The translations under genes were made by a program, and so were the position numbers. A stretch of 64,000 bases of DNA from the NCBI GenBank assembly GCA_000091205.1, contig AP006495.2; one strand, given 5' to 3'. The notes beneath the pieces were generated by a model. The model ran no database searches, was not told where the DNA came from, and saw only the letters and a list, made by a program, of their open reading frames with translations. Shown in pieces: positions 22,279 to 33,420 of the stretch. This DNA is from Cyanidioschyzon merolae. Its lineage: Eukaryota. Every line of letters starts with the position of its first letter. The first letter of the stretch is position 1.

Positions 22279-25200
22279 CTGGCCCAGTGCTTTCCCTTCT
22301 GGTCAGTACGAGTCGTTTTTCGAACGGGACGCAGCACAGTACTGCACAACGCCAAGCATGCCACGCGTGTCGATTCGCTTCGGTGCGCGCACCATCGCAC
22401 ACGCAGCTGTCGCCGGAGCTGTCCGTCGCGTGGCGCGCTACAATGAGCGCAGTGTGGCGGTAACGACTGCGTCGCAGGGAGCACCCTCCTCAAGGGGCCA
22501 CGGCACTGCTGCGTTCGCTGACTCTGCCCATGATTGCCAGCGGGATGACTCGTTTCGGGGTCAGCAGAGGCTGCAGGTATCCGGAGTTGACTGGTGGTCG
22601 CTTTTCTGGTCTTTGGGGAGCGATTGCGTATCCCGAGGGGATTTTGTTTGGAGATGTCGATCTGACGTTGGAAAAAGTAAAGTTTTCATTTTAGACTCGG
22701 TATCACGACTATCACTGGACTAATGAAGCGCCATTTGGAAGAAAAGCATCATCTTGGGAATCGTACGACGTGATAGCGGCTCCTGGGCGCGTTGCGATGT
22801 GTTTTCTGGTCACTGGTGGCGCTGGCGCTTTCGATTCGTTTTGGGAAGGTTTTCTGAAACTGGACAAAAAGGACAGAATACTTGCTAGAACGAATACGTG
22901 TCTACGCGCGACTGGAAGACTGATCCGGAGCTTTTCGAACCTTGTTGTGTCTACACGGGTGCACGAGTCGCTTTCCTGGTTGCCGGCAATATTTCGTACC
23001 CAGGTCAGTCTGGGTCGATCCACCAGCGATGCACTTGTGCGATTGCGAGCGCTGTTGCCGGCGATAGGGGATCCGACTCGCGGCACAGGGCGCTCGGTCG
23101 GATATCCTAGATTCCTGAAAAAAAATCGTCAAAGTAAGAAAGGATGCATCCGGCAGGCGTTGCGCGCCACGTGGCATACATGCGGATCGACGAGTTCCGG
23201 ATACTACACGAGACGTACAGCGCCAAGTACGGCGTTCTGAATGGCAAACACGACATCGGGCAGGTGTAGTGATGGTGATCCTGTTGTGGTTGTTGTTGTC
23301 GGCGAAAATGGAGGTGTTACGAATGGTACATGTAATGATAGCGGAACCCTGAAACCGTTACCAGCGGGGTAGCGTCCTTTGCGTCTCGCGGGCCGATAAC
23401 GACATCGAGCTGGTGTGGTGCTGATGATTGCCCATGTTGGTGATGATGTTCATCATGGTTAGGCCCGTAAGCTTCTACCAGCGGTTGGACGTCGTGTGTA
23501 ATTGTCACAGGCAGCGTTCACCATTCCTTGTGGAAAGCGAGCAAGCTCTTTTTAGACTCACCGACGCTGTACCAGGATACGAAACAGCGTGCGGTGCAGG
23601 TGCAGCATAAATCGCGGAAGACGCATCCCGCACGTGACTGGACGCATGCGTGACGGCGGCTGAAAAGGTACAGGAGCTCGGGTTGGAGGAACGCCTCCCT
23701 CGCACACTCATAGAACATCGTGCAACTGGCCGTGTTCATTATAAGAATTGCGTGCACTGCAGTGCAAATGCGAGCGACGTTGTTTGCAGTGTCAAGTGCA
23801 GATGCCGACGCTGCCGTCTTTTAGGGCACAAGCTCGATGAGTCGTACGAGGTGTCAGGAGCTGTGCCATTACTGCCTTCAACAAGGTTGACCCTGGGATG
23901 CGCCCAATTGGAGGACGCTGCTGTCGACCTGGATTCCACACGCGTGTCGGAAGAGAATGGAACGCGTGCACTTTGCTCATTCAGATGTAGCAACCAGAAT
24001 CTGGCTGGCGTCCGACCGTCATCGAAACCAGCCATCATGCGTCCTTCCCGCAGCTTCTTCTTTTTCCTTTCGTTGATCACCGGCATTAAATATACCGGTC
24101 ACGCTTGTCCTTCCATCACCGCTGTCGACAGTTTACGAATTTGATAGCAACATCAAAGTTCTGGTTTAGCCGCTTACGGCTGTTTTCTATGCGTTTGATC
24201 GGCAGGCGGCACTCGCAATCGACACTTCGCATGCCAGTGTCATCTGCTTTGCACAAGGCCAAGGAATACCCTTTTTTAGCCGAGACACTTGTTTGTGACC
24301 AGATGTTACCACGTATCCACCAGATTCCTCCTATGAGATCAGAACCGTGGATTCATGGCCGGCTGCATGCCCTGGACGGGTGCAGAGGACTCCCCTCGAT
24401 GACCTTTTCTGTCCCCACATTCATCGCCATACCCGAAGATCACCGGCTCCTTCAGAGCGGTGCCCTCGACGAGTATTCTGTCTGCTGCGTACGCAAGCGT
24501 ATGCGGTTCCTTTCGACAGAGGGTCTGTGGAACGCGATCTTTTGCATGATGAAGCAGGTACCAGGAGCGGAATCGAGGCTGGATGACAAGTCGAGAAATT
24601 TTGGATCCGTCAACGCTCGCTTCGGGCACAACGGTGAAGCGCGCCTCACCAGAAAATTGATCCCTGCAATGGCTCGAGTCCGAGTCTGGGACCTGTTTCT
24701 GTGAAAGCAGAAGAGACGGTAGCCTATGCGAGCATATCCTGAGAGTGCTCGCTCACTGCCGCTGTTGAACGTCGGATCTTCGATTCTCACAGAGAAAGGA
24801 TTATTTGACTTGCGAAAGGATTCTGTTGTATGAGATGGAGCGTGCAGTGAACTTTGGACATGAGCCTGTGATCAAGTGATCAAGGAACGACGTCGTTTTA
24901 TTGTCCTCGTTCATCCAATCCTGCGAATGGCTGCGCGTGTACGAGTTGCCTCGAAACAACAGTATCGAAAACACAAAGCGTGTGTGATTTGTGCACGCCA
25001 CACGTTGGAAAAACCGCTTGGGGCTCTGACGTTTCAGTAAGATCATGATATCGTTTATTTTCCAAACCCTGATTCCAATGCCGTAACGCATTCCAGATGC
25101 AACGCGTCGTAGAAACCACCCAGAAAAGGCAAGCGAACACCATAAACGACGTGTGAATCCGTACACCCATTTGCTGCACTAGGAATACCGAAGCTGTTCG

Positions 25201-25747
25201 TCTACAACGAGTTCGAGGAAAATTCGAAAAACGCGAACAGAGCGAGGAGTCTAGTGTTGTGTTTTATCTGTCAGGCGTAGAGCATTAGTGTCTCCAGCGA
25301 GCCGCAGCGATCCAGAGCGCAGACTAGGCTATAGCGGGTCGCCTCAAAGGTTTTTGATGACAACGAGGACAATGCTTTGTGTGCCCGAGCGCCCAACATG
25401 ACTCGCCATTCCGAACCGGGATCCCATTCTACCCCAGCCAAAAACATCGTGTCGTCGGGCGCGGTCCCGTAGTGTCGCATTGGCGAGAGCGGGTGACTCG
25501 ACTTACGAGTCCGCCAGTTTGCCATTGTGCAGCAAGTGCATACTGAGGTTCAGCGACGCAACTTTTCCGGTGACGCTTGCCTCCACTGATGTCATTGCCG
25601 CAGTGACCGCTGCCTTCAGGGTTCTCGACGCAGTCGCGATGTCGACGGTCCGCTGTGCACCCAGTGCACCCTGACTCTCACCGTCCTGTCTGCGAGTTCG
25701 GGCTCCAATACCCATCGACGGGTTTGTAGCAGCAGCAGCAGCATAGG

Positions 25748-28700
25748 TCAATAAGTAGATATACCGTTCGGTGTGGAAGGCGACAGCGGCCGCTCCGGTA
25801 CCACACCCAGCGTACGTTTCCAGTTGGCAATGGTCTCGTCCAGTTCTTTCACCGCGCGCTGAAGCGCTGTCACCAAACGATATTCCCCACAGATTAGGAG
25901 GCACTCTGCGATTTCCTGGACAGTCTCCCGGAGAGCTGGTGTTGGCTCCAGCCGCCGCAGATATTCGACCAAGAACAATTCTTCGTGGGGATCACCCGGT
26001 TTGATTTTCCGTTTGGTTTTCTTGCGGGTCTTGGCGGTTGCTTTGCCTGCGGCAGACCGCTCAGAGGCCGCCATACCCGAATGTATGTTGCTGCTATTGC
26101 TGCTGCTGCTGCTGCTGCTTTTGCTCCGAGCTGAATGCGTGCCAAAAGTGAATGTCGACATGCTCGCAATCTCCGAAGCGATCGCATCGACTTCGCTGTC
26201 CGTATCAGCACCCGTTACCACGTTCGGATTCTTGAAATCGCCTGTGGAACGCAACTGTAGCTGTTGACGGTGTTCGCGGACTAGCTGCAAACGCACAGCT
26301 CGCTCGTGGTATTTCGCAGCACTCGTGCGTATTTCGGTCGTACGCTCTTCCGCAGCGCTTATCACCGCCGGACGGAGTCGTTCTCGCAGCCAGTCGCCCC
26401 GGCCTTGGGTTGTGAGTAGGCGCAACGCAGCCTGGAAGCGATGAGCATCTAAAAGAAGCTGCAGCGCTTCTTCGGGTTGCGCGAGCGGCGATCCGGCGAG
26501 AATTTGAGCAGCGACCTCCCACTGACACTGATTGCACAATGTCTCCACGAGGCGCCGCAAAAACGATACAAAATCATGCTCATTCCCTATGAGGTGATCC
26601 TTCTGAAGGTATGCGGCGATAGCCAACGGGGCCTGCCCGCCTGCGAGGTAGGCTTCAGCCGCCTGCTCCAGAGCGCCATGCATAGCGTAGAGGTGTGCGG
26701 CTTGGAGATGCGCGCCCTTGTTCTCGAGTCGAGTGGCCCAGCGCAAAGCCAGCTCATGCCACAAGCCTTGCGTCAGAGACTCGTGTTCGATTTTCTCCAC
26801 CTCAATATATGCCTCGTGATGCAGGTCGAACTGTTCCACCAAACGACAAATTTTTTCATCAACCTGCGGACCCAACACCTTTCGAGCTTCCAGCAAGTGA
26901 CCCAGTGCCGCTCGTGGTCGCGTCAGAAACATGTCGATCTCGTAGCGTCGGAGCGCCTCGGGTGTCACTTGCCGCAGCGATTCCAAGAACGGCTCGTGCA
27001 GATTGCGGTCCATGCGCCCTGCGACAGCTATCTTTGCTGCCAAGTCCAAATCGTAGATACCGAGTGCTGCTCGGTATAACTCCTGAATTGGCTTGCGCGC
27101 AATCGTGCTTATGTATCGCAAGGATTCCGCCGAGAATCGCTTGCTTACAAGTTTCAGGGCAGCGTCGATATCCGCCTGTGGCCGCTGCGTAATATATGCC
27201 GTCAAAATAGCCTGGAAAAATCGTTCGGGATCCACGGCATGCATCTGGGCAACGAAGCCGGCAACCAGGTGCCGATAGACGTCCTCCTTTTCATTCAGAG
27301 ACACAATGAGCTGCGTCAGGATCTCCGCAACATGTGCCTCGCTCCATGCATTCAGGATCTGTTGCAGAAACCAGTCCGTATCATCTGCCAATCGCTTCGG
27401 GCCGTAAGCCTCTACAACGAATCGCGGCTCTATGCAGTGTTTGCGAGCGAGCTGCAGCAGAGCGATCATGTCCGGCTTCTGGTTTGCGTCCAGCGCGCTA
27501 CGCAGCACCCGACGGATCTTCCGCTCCACACATATCTTCGGGGTGATCGTCTCCAGATTGCCGCGTGGTGCTTCGATCACGAGCCGCAAGGCGTCTCCGA
27601 GTGCCGCAACCAGGATCGCTCCTCGATCCACAACACGCTCGGACTCGGTGCGGTATCGCCGTTCGGCAGCAGCGTCAAGTTCGATACCCAGCTCGTGATA
27701 GCGAAGCGAGCCGGACGGTGTCGTCCAGAATATCAGATTCTCTGAAGACACCACCGCAACAGACAAACAATCAGTGCTGATCGTCCGTGCTGGCTCAGTG
27801 GAAGACTCGTTGCTCGGTTGCCACTGGAGCAGCCGCGACCGCCTCCGGTACAGCAGCCGGCCTCCAGCAAGCGAAATCGATCGAATCGGATGAATCATGA
27901 ACATACCGAGTTCAGGATTCCACACGAGCTCGTCCCTCGCGGGTACCTGCTTCGCGGCGGCATCCGCAACGGCGGGTATCGGAGCCTGCACCGCGACCAA
28001 TGCGCCATCCCTGCGGAGCCAGTACCACCGGCCCAAACTGCTGATGGCGAAAAGACTGTCCTTTTCCCAGAGTACGTATTGAATCGTGTCGTCCGCCTCG
28101 TTCGCAGGGATGCATGCATCGAACGCATAAAGAGGTGGCGGTAGCACACAGCGCCGTAGAGGCGTCAGTAGCACACGATGACCATCGATGACTGCGAGGG
28201 TGTCGTCGCGCTCAGCGTTCAACGAAATGGTCCACTGCAGCCTGTACAAGCGAAGCATTCGTTCATGCGGGGATGCCCATGTGCCACTGTACACGTAGAG
28301 TAGCAGTGGATCCGTAAAATCAAACGCCATCCATACATGGTCGTTGTCGGCGAAATCCGAGGACCCCAGCTCCAACCTATATTTGAGGTACCAATGATAG
28401 TTCCGGAAGCTGTACAGATCAATGCGTTTCCGGGAGCACGAGTCTGGTGCGTCGGTAGCCAAGTTCGTATATCCAATGGCGAGCAGCATGTCGTTGGCAT
28501 TCCAGCTGAGGCCCCAGATGCGGCGCTTGCTCGTCAGCTTACGGTGCATGTCCATACGGGTATGGCGCAAACCGTTCCTTTCGAAGAAGACCACGTCGCC
28601 ATCTCGCGTTGCGACTGTGAGCATGCCACCCGGCCTTTGCTCCCAACAGAGCACCAAGTCGAGTGCCGGCGGCGTCCGTTGTGCATCGGTAGGTTTCGCA

Positions 28701-29347
28701 ACCAGGGGCTCGGTATGTGCTGTGGCCTCTCGTCGGAGTGATGGGGAGCGAAAGATATCCACATGAACTCTCTGATCTTGTCCAGGATAACTAACTGCGA
28801 ACAAGTTGCCATCAGATCGCCATGCAACTCGGATGATGTGCGAATCCTCCGCCGTCGGCCACGACAAACCAGGCGATAGAGGTTCAGACAGCGTGCCCCG
28901 CTCTATGACATTCAATTCTGCGTCCATAAGAAGCAGCTCTCCTCGCGTGGAGACCAGCACAACGACGTCCTGGGAAGGTGACGCCTCAACGGCGAGGAGG
29001 CCTTCGGGTACGAGCCCGACCGGCTCGTTCTCGGCGATCAGGTGCCCTGAAGTCAGCGCCGCGACGAACTGGGCCAGAGCGGTGCTCCAGAAAATACCCA
29101 ATAATGACGCGTTCTGCACATCAGTACTCAGAGGGAGATCTCGTGAAGATCTCGTGCCCGACAGTACGTGGAGCTCGCAGAGCGCAACACGCAGTCGCTC
29201 AGCGTCAAGTACCGCAGCAGTCACGCAGGGCTCGGAGGCTCGTCGCAACAGTCGCCAACACTGGTTCTGGTGCTTACCTCGTGCAGAGCATTGAATCGAG
29301 TCTCGCAACTCTATGAGATCGACCTCCTCCACGCCAAGGTTCTCCAT
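25748..29347 (-). CDS. ELP1: Elongator complex subunit 1 (ELP1/IKI3 family), 1199 aa
   Basis: The size and architecture fit: a WD/beta-propeller-like N-terminal half, a TPR-like C-terminal half and a basic patch 'KTRKKTKRKIKPGDPHEELFLVEYLRRLEP' near the C-terminus, as in IKI3/ELP1. The ORF is continuous. Confidence 0.75.
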   Translation of the reverse strand: MENLGVEEVDLIELRDSIQCSARGKHQNQCWRLLRRASEPCVTAAVLDAERLRVALCELHVLSGTRSSRDLPLSTDVQNASLLGIFWSTALAQFVAALTSGHLIAENEPVGLVPEGLLAVEASPSQDVVVLVSTRGELLLMDAELNVIERGTLSEPLSPGLSWPTAEDSHIIRVAWRSDGNLFAVSYPGQDQRVHVDIFRSPSLRREATAHTEPLVAKPTDAQRTPPALDLVLCWEQRPGGMLTVATRDGDVVFFERNGLRHTRMDMHRKLTSKRRIWGLSWNANDMLLAIGYTNLATDAPDSCSRKRIDLYSFRNYHWYLKYRLELGSSDFADNDHVWMAFDFTDPLLLYVYSGTWASPHERMLRLYRLQWTISLNAERDDTLAVIDGHRVLLTPLRRCVLPPPLYAFDACIPANEADDTIQYVLWEKDSLFAISSLGRWYWLRRDGALVAVQAPIPAVADAAAKQVPARDELVWNPELGMFMIHPIRSISLAGGRLLYRRRSRLLQWQPSNESSTEPARTISTDCLSVAVVSSENLIFWTTPSGSLRYHELGIELDAAAERRYRTESERVVDRGAILVAALGDALRLVIEAPRGNLETITPKICVERKIRRVLRSALDANQKPDMIALLQLARKHCIEPRFVVEAYGPKRLADDTDWFLQQILNAWSEAHVAEILTQLIVSLNEKEDVYRHLVAGFVAQMHAVDPERFFQAILTAYITQRPQADIDAALKLVSKRFSAESLRYISTIARKPIQELYRAALGIYDLDLAAKIAVAGRMDRNLHEPFLESLRQVTPEALRRYEIDMFLTRPRAALGHLLEARKVLGPQVDEKICRLVEQFDLHHEAYIEVEKIEHESLTQGLWHELALRWATRLENKGAHLQAAHLYAMHGALEQAAEAYLAGGQAPLAIAAYLQKDHLIGNEHDFVSFLRRLVETLCNQCQWEVAAQILAGSPLAQPEEALQLLLDAHRFQAALRLLTTQGRGDWLRERLRPAVISAAEERTTEIRTSAAKYHERAVRLQLVREHRQQLQLRSTGDFKNPNVVTGADTDSEVDAIASEIASMSTFTFGTHSARSKSSSSSSSNSSNIHSGMAASERSAAGKATAKTRKKTKRKIKPGDPHEELFLVEYLRRLEPTPALRETVQEIAECLLICGEYRLVTALQRAVKELDETIANWKRTLGVVPERPLSPSTPNGISTY
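26089..26127. repeat. (GCT)n trinucleotide repeat within ELP1 coding sequence (poly-Ser tract 'SSSSSSSNSSN')
   Basis: The repeat is visible as 'tgctgctattgctgctgctgctgctgctgcttttgct'. Confidence 0.9.
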
Positions 29348-29616
29348 TGCCTCGGATGCATTTCAGAACAGCGCAAAAGGGAGCAGAGCGAAGCGTCTGT
29401 GCTTCGACACATGGCCATCATGAAAATGAGACATAAATAATTTTTTTGGTAAAATATTATCCTAGAGGGCCAATCGGCTCGCGTCTTTCCTGGCACGTTG
29501 TCCTCGCTGGCGTTCCGCAGTGCGCTGGCCCGTTTCCATGTGCGGGTGTTTCGTTCGTCGACACCAAACCGGGGGCACTAGCGGACACGGGCGCCCGCTC
29601 AAAAGCTTGCTTCAAT

Positions 29617-30984
29617 ATGCCGAGCAAACGAAAGCAACCGACAGCGAAGCAAACGGTGAAAACCGAACCAGCAGGTAGCTCGCAGGTCTCTGCAAGCTTT
29701 AAGGCTGAGCCCGAGTCGAAGACCCCTCCGCCCGAAGAAGAAGAAGAGGATTTTCGAGTGGAGCCCTCGTGTGAGGTTCCACGTGCGCGGAACCCCATCC
29801 AACCCGACTATCCCGGTGCGTACACCATGTCGTCAGAGGACATCATCGGAACCGACTCCCATCTTGCGTACGTTTCACGCTGGCATCGCATGCGCGAGGA
29901 AGAGCGCCGTGGCTCAGTTTGCTTTCGAGTCGTGACAAACGACGGCTCCCGACCGGCGCTTGTACAGTTACTAGGTCTTAAGAATGTGTTCGTTCGGCAG
30001 CTGCCGAATATGCCGCGACCCTACGTCGTGCGCCTTGTTTTCGATCGGAAGCACGAGTCGCTGATCATGATCAAAAAACTGCCCTCCGGCGAGGAGGTGG
30101 TCATGGGTGGCTGTTGCTACCGTCCGTTCTCCGAGCAGCGTTTTGCTGAGATCGCATTTCTTGCCATCTCCCACAGCGAGCAGGTCCGCGGTTACGGCAC
30201 ACGGCTCATGGCACATACAAAGGAACGCGCAAAGGCGCTCCAACTCACGCATTTGCTCACCTGTGCAGATAACAACGCCGTGGCTTATTTTAAGAAGCAG
30301 GGCTTTAGTAAGATCATAACGCTACCGCCTGAACGTTGGCAAGGCTATATCAAGGACTACGAAGGCATCGTGCTGATGGAGTGCGCTCTGAACTACAAGG
30401 TCGATTACTTGAACATTCCGCCCTTGTTGAAAGCACAAAAACTATGCCTCTTGGAGAAGCTGCGCGAGGTATCCCGCTCGCATATCGTCTACCCAGGGAT
30501 TGATGTGAAAAAGATGAAAGGCATTCGAATCGAGGATATACCCGGGCTGCAGCACGTCGACCTGGATCGAGTACCACCGCCAACCGCAGCCCACGGGACC
30601 CGCTCTGGCGTTAGCAGCGCGAAACCGCTCACGGCTGCTGCAGCAATCGCTCGGGAACGCGACCCAGTGCAGTTAGCGGCACTGCAGAAGGAATTGCAAC
30701 AGGTTTTGAACCAGATCAAATCGCACTCGAGTGCGTGGCCGTTTCTGGAGCCGGTGGATCCCCAGGAAACCGGTGCGTACAACTACTACGAAATCATTAA
30801 GAACCCAATGGATTTGCGTACGATTCAAGAGCGCCTGGACTCTGGCTGGTATTATGTGAATCGCGATATTTTTCTCGCTGACCTGAATCGAATGGTGAAA
30901 AACGCTATTGACTACAATGGGCCTGGTCATTATATCAGCGAATTGGCTCTTTCGCTCAAGCGCTTCTATTCGAGCAAACTTTAA
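29617..30984 (+). CDS. GCN5: Histone acetyltransferase GCN5 (GNAT acetyltransferase domain plus C-terminal bromodomain)
   Basis: The GNAT core is 'FAEIAFLAISHSEQVRGYGTRLMAHTKE...AYFKKQGF'. The bromodomain is 'WPFLEPVD...YNYYEIIKNPMDLRTIQERL...YYVNRDIFLADLNRMVKNAIDYNGP'. The start was set at the ATG at 29617 ('MPSKRKQ'). Confidence 0.9.
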   Translation: MPSKRKQPTAKQTVKTEPAGSSQVSASFKAEPESKTPPPEEEEEDFRVEPSCEVPRARNPIQPDYPGAYTMSSEDIIGTDSHLAYVSRWHRMREEERRGSVCFRVVTNDGSRPALVQLLGLKNVFVRQLPNMPRPYVVRLVFDRKHESLIMIKKLPSGEEVVMGGCCYRPFSEQRFAEIAFLAISHSEQVRGYGTRLMAHTKERAKALQLTHLLTCADNNAVAYFKKQGFSKIITLPPERWQGYIKDYEGIVLMECALNYKVDYLNIPPLLKAQKLCLLEKLREVSRSHIVYPGIDVKKMKGIRIEDIPGLQHVDLDRVPPPTAAHGTRSGVSSAKPLTAAAAIARERDPVQLAALQKELQQVLNQIKSHSSAWPFLEPVDPQETGAYNYYEIIKNPMDLRTIQERLDSGWYYVNRDIFLADLNRMVKNAIDYNGPGHYISELALSLKRFYSSKL

Positions 30985-31401
30985 ACAGTCTGTTCTGCAT
31001 GGCGGTGCGCTGGCGTTCGCTATGGTATGGTTCAGGTCGGAAACGCTGCACAGTTCAGCGCAGAACGTTGATAACGGGTGCTGCACTGGCGGAGGCGCAT
31101 GCCCGATGACATTGGCATGAGCCTTGGTAGCGTGATGCCGCAGGTGCGGTGCAACAGGTTATCAATGTGCAGGTAGGAAACGTGGGAAAACGCGCACCTC
31201 TTTCGAAACGATTGAAACATCGGCAAGTGGACTCCAGTGCATGATACGCGCTCGCAACTGCGTTGGCGACTTTCGATACCCAGCGCAGAATTTCCTCTTT
31301 GATCTGAACGCATCTCTACTGCACCGTAAACGCCTTTCCTTTTGCTGCGCTATCGGTTGCGAGAAACTGGCTACACAAGCGTTCGGCTAGGATCCGTCAT
31401 T

Positions 31402-31422
31402 CACACACACACACACACACAC
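31402..31422. repeat. (CA)10 dinucleotide microsatellite
   Basis: The run 'cacacacacacacacacacac' is visible directly. Confidence 0.95.
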
Positions 31423-32184
31423 CGTATGGTCTTCAGGCGGTCTTCTTAGTGTTGTCGCTGCGCCTCACTGGGCGGTCTCGCGACAGGCGATCGCGTTTAT
31501 CCCGGGTGGAAACGTATCACAACAGACTTCGGCTCGAAGCCTGATCCTGAAGAGCGCCGGTCGACTCAGTGTTTCCACGATGTCGCGGCTCTGTCAGGCG
31601 CTACCCAAGACTCTTTGGGGCCATTCACGGCGCTGGGGGATTTTGCCGCCAGGAATGCTCACCGGGGCCCCAGTAGCGGCAGTTGCATGACTTGCATTCA
31701 AAAACAGTAGTAGTAGCAGCGGCATCATCGGCTTGCGCTCCGCCATCGGCACAATGGCTGAAAGCGGCTGAACACGATCACCGTACCCAAAGAGCTATCA
31801 TAGAACCACCCGAATACTCACGGACAACTTTGCGCGCGTGAGACTCGAGTGCAGACCTGACGCTGAGCTTTAAGCTTTACAAAACAGACCTAGCAGTAGG
31901 CATGCGCGAACCTGGCCGCGGATGATCCCATCGGACGCTTGACCAGCAGAAACGGCGCCTCAGAGGAGCAATAGGAGTTGTTGATGCAGTGCAAGCACAC
32001 GTGCTGGCAGGAACTGGAATGCCCAATATCGTTCCCTTCACGGTAACGCCACAACAAGGCACTGTACCATGGATACTAATCCCAATTGACGGTGTCTATA
32101 TCCTCAATGCAATCGAAGAGTAGCGCGCGCTCACCATAACATCGAGTGTCGCTTCCCAGTGTATCTGTCCGCGCCTGCGGAGCA

Positions 32185-33087
32185 TTACGCGGATCCATGA
32201 TCCTCGCTTTTCGAGTTTTGCACGGTTTCTGTGTCATCCATCCGCGGAACCGCTTCTGGCGATGCGATCTTTCCGATCCAGCAGGCACCCTTGCCACCAG
32301 TGACGCGTCGATACTCCGCGTGACGGATCACAAACTCCGCAAAACTGCTCACCGAAGCGATGCTATTCGCCTCGGACATGCCAAAGAGAACACAGGCGAG
32401 GTTGGCCATGTCCAGGGGCCCCCGCATCTGCATCGGTGACTCTGCACCGGATACCAAAACACAACGCGACCCACGGTTCGTTCTTTGACACACCGTACGG
32501 CTGTTCTGAAGCGCATATCGTCGCGCAACCTGGTCGCGCGTCAGCAGCGACGCTAGACTTAACTCGAATAGAATACCGCGCTTGGCACATGCATGCACTT
32601 GCGTGCGTTTCAGTTGAAAACTAGCTCGCGTGGCTGATGGGAAACTGATCAGATCAATACAATCCAGTAACATAGCCTGCTGTAGCAACTTCTCTTCCGA
32701 TACCTCTACAGCGAGGATATCATAGCTCAGCAGCGACTCGTTCGCTGCGTTGAACACATAGAGATCCGCTGCCTCCTGGACGCGCACGGTCAGGCGGTGA
32801 AGCACCCGAAACGCAGGTCGAAACGACGGCGTCAAGACCGTGTTCACTGGTGACGTTGCGTCAAGTGGAGCTTGCGTTCCTGCTAGCTCCGGGTCCACGA
32901 CGACCAGCGCCCGAGTGCTGCAGGCGTGCCCGGGTTCCAAACGACCCGAGACTGTCGTGTTCAGGGCAATGCCTCGATAGCCACTTTCCTTCGCAGCGGT
33001 TATGAGGGCTCGAACATCGCCTACTGTTGTGTGCCCGTGCCGTACATTCACAGCCAGGTCCCAGAAGGCGCCACGAACCATCAGCAA
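32185..33087 (-). CDS. RPP30: RNase P/MRP protein subunit p30 (Rpp30/Rpp1, PHP-like TIM barrel)
   Basis: 'SYDILAVEVSEEKLLQQAMLLDCIDLISF' corresponds to Rpp30 'LYDVVAVFP...LDVDLVCI'. 'RGILFELSLA' and 'RCVLVSGAESPMQMRGPLDMANLACVLFGMSE' correspond to 'RGLAFELVYS' and 'NVIISSAAERPLEIRGPYDVANLGLLFGLSE'. Confidence 0.8.
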   Translation of the reverse strand: MLMVRGAFWDLAVNVRHGHTTVGDVRALITAAKESGYRGIALNTTVSGRLEPGHACSTRALVVVDPELAGTQAPLDATSPVNTVLTPSFRPAFRVLHRLTVRVQEAADLYVFNAANESLLSYDILAVEVSEEKLLQQAMLLDCIDLISFPSATRASFQLKRTQVHACAKRGILFELSLASLLTRDQVARRYALQNSRTVCQRTNRGSRCVLVSGAESPMQMRGPLDMANLACVLFGMSEANSIASVSSFAEFVIRHAEYRRVTGGKGACWIGKIASPEAVPRMDDTETVQNSKSEDHGSA

Positions 33088-33420
33088 AGCGCTATCTACA
33101 TGGGCATGGTGCGTATGCTAGCAGGACGCTTGTGAGCGCACTTGCAAAAAGCTGCTTGTGGGAACTATTTTTTTTGATACATATATTGACATAGATGCAG
33201 CGATGCGCTCGCGCGTGTGCAAGGCGTCCCGCTTCATACGCTCGCTTCTGGTACCGGTTGTTGCTGCTGGACTCGACAGAGCACACGTTTCTGTCGGGTC
33301 GGGCGACAGCCTGGTCGCCAACACGAGTCTCCAAGCTTTGTTCGCTAATCCCGATAGGGTTCCGGTGTGCATTAGAGGCTGGTGTAAGAGAGCAAAACTG
33401 CGGAAACAAACCCGGAGCGT

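Noticed and set aside
22895-22925. Possible minus-strand tRNA T-arm 'cttttcgaacc'
   Set aside because: The flanks offer no complementary acceptor stem, D-arm or anticodon arm, so there is no cloverleaf.
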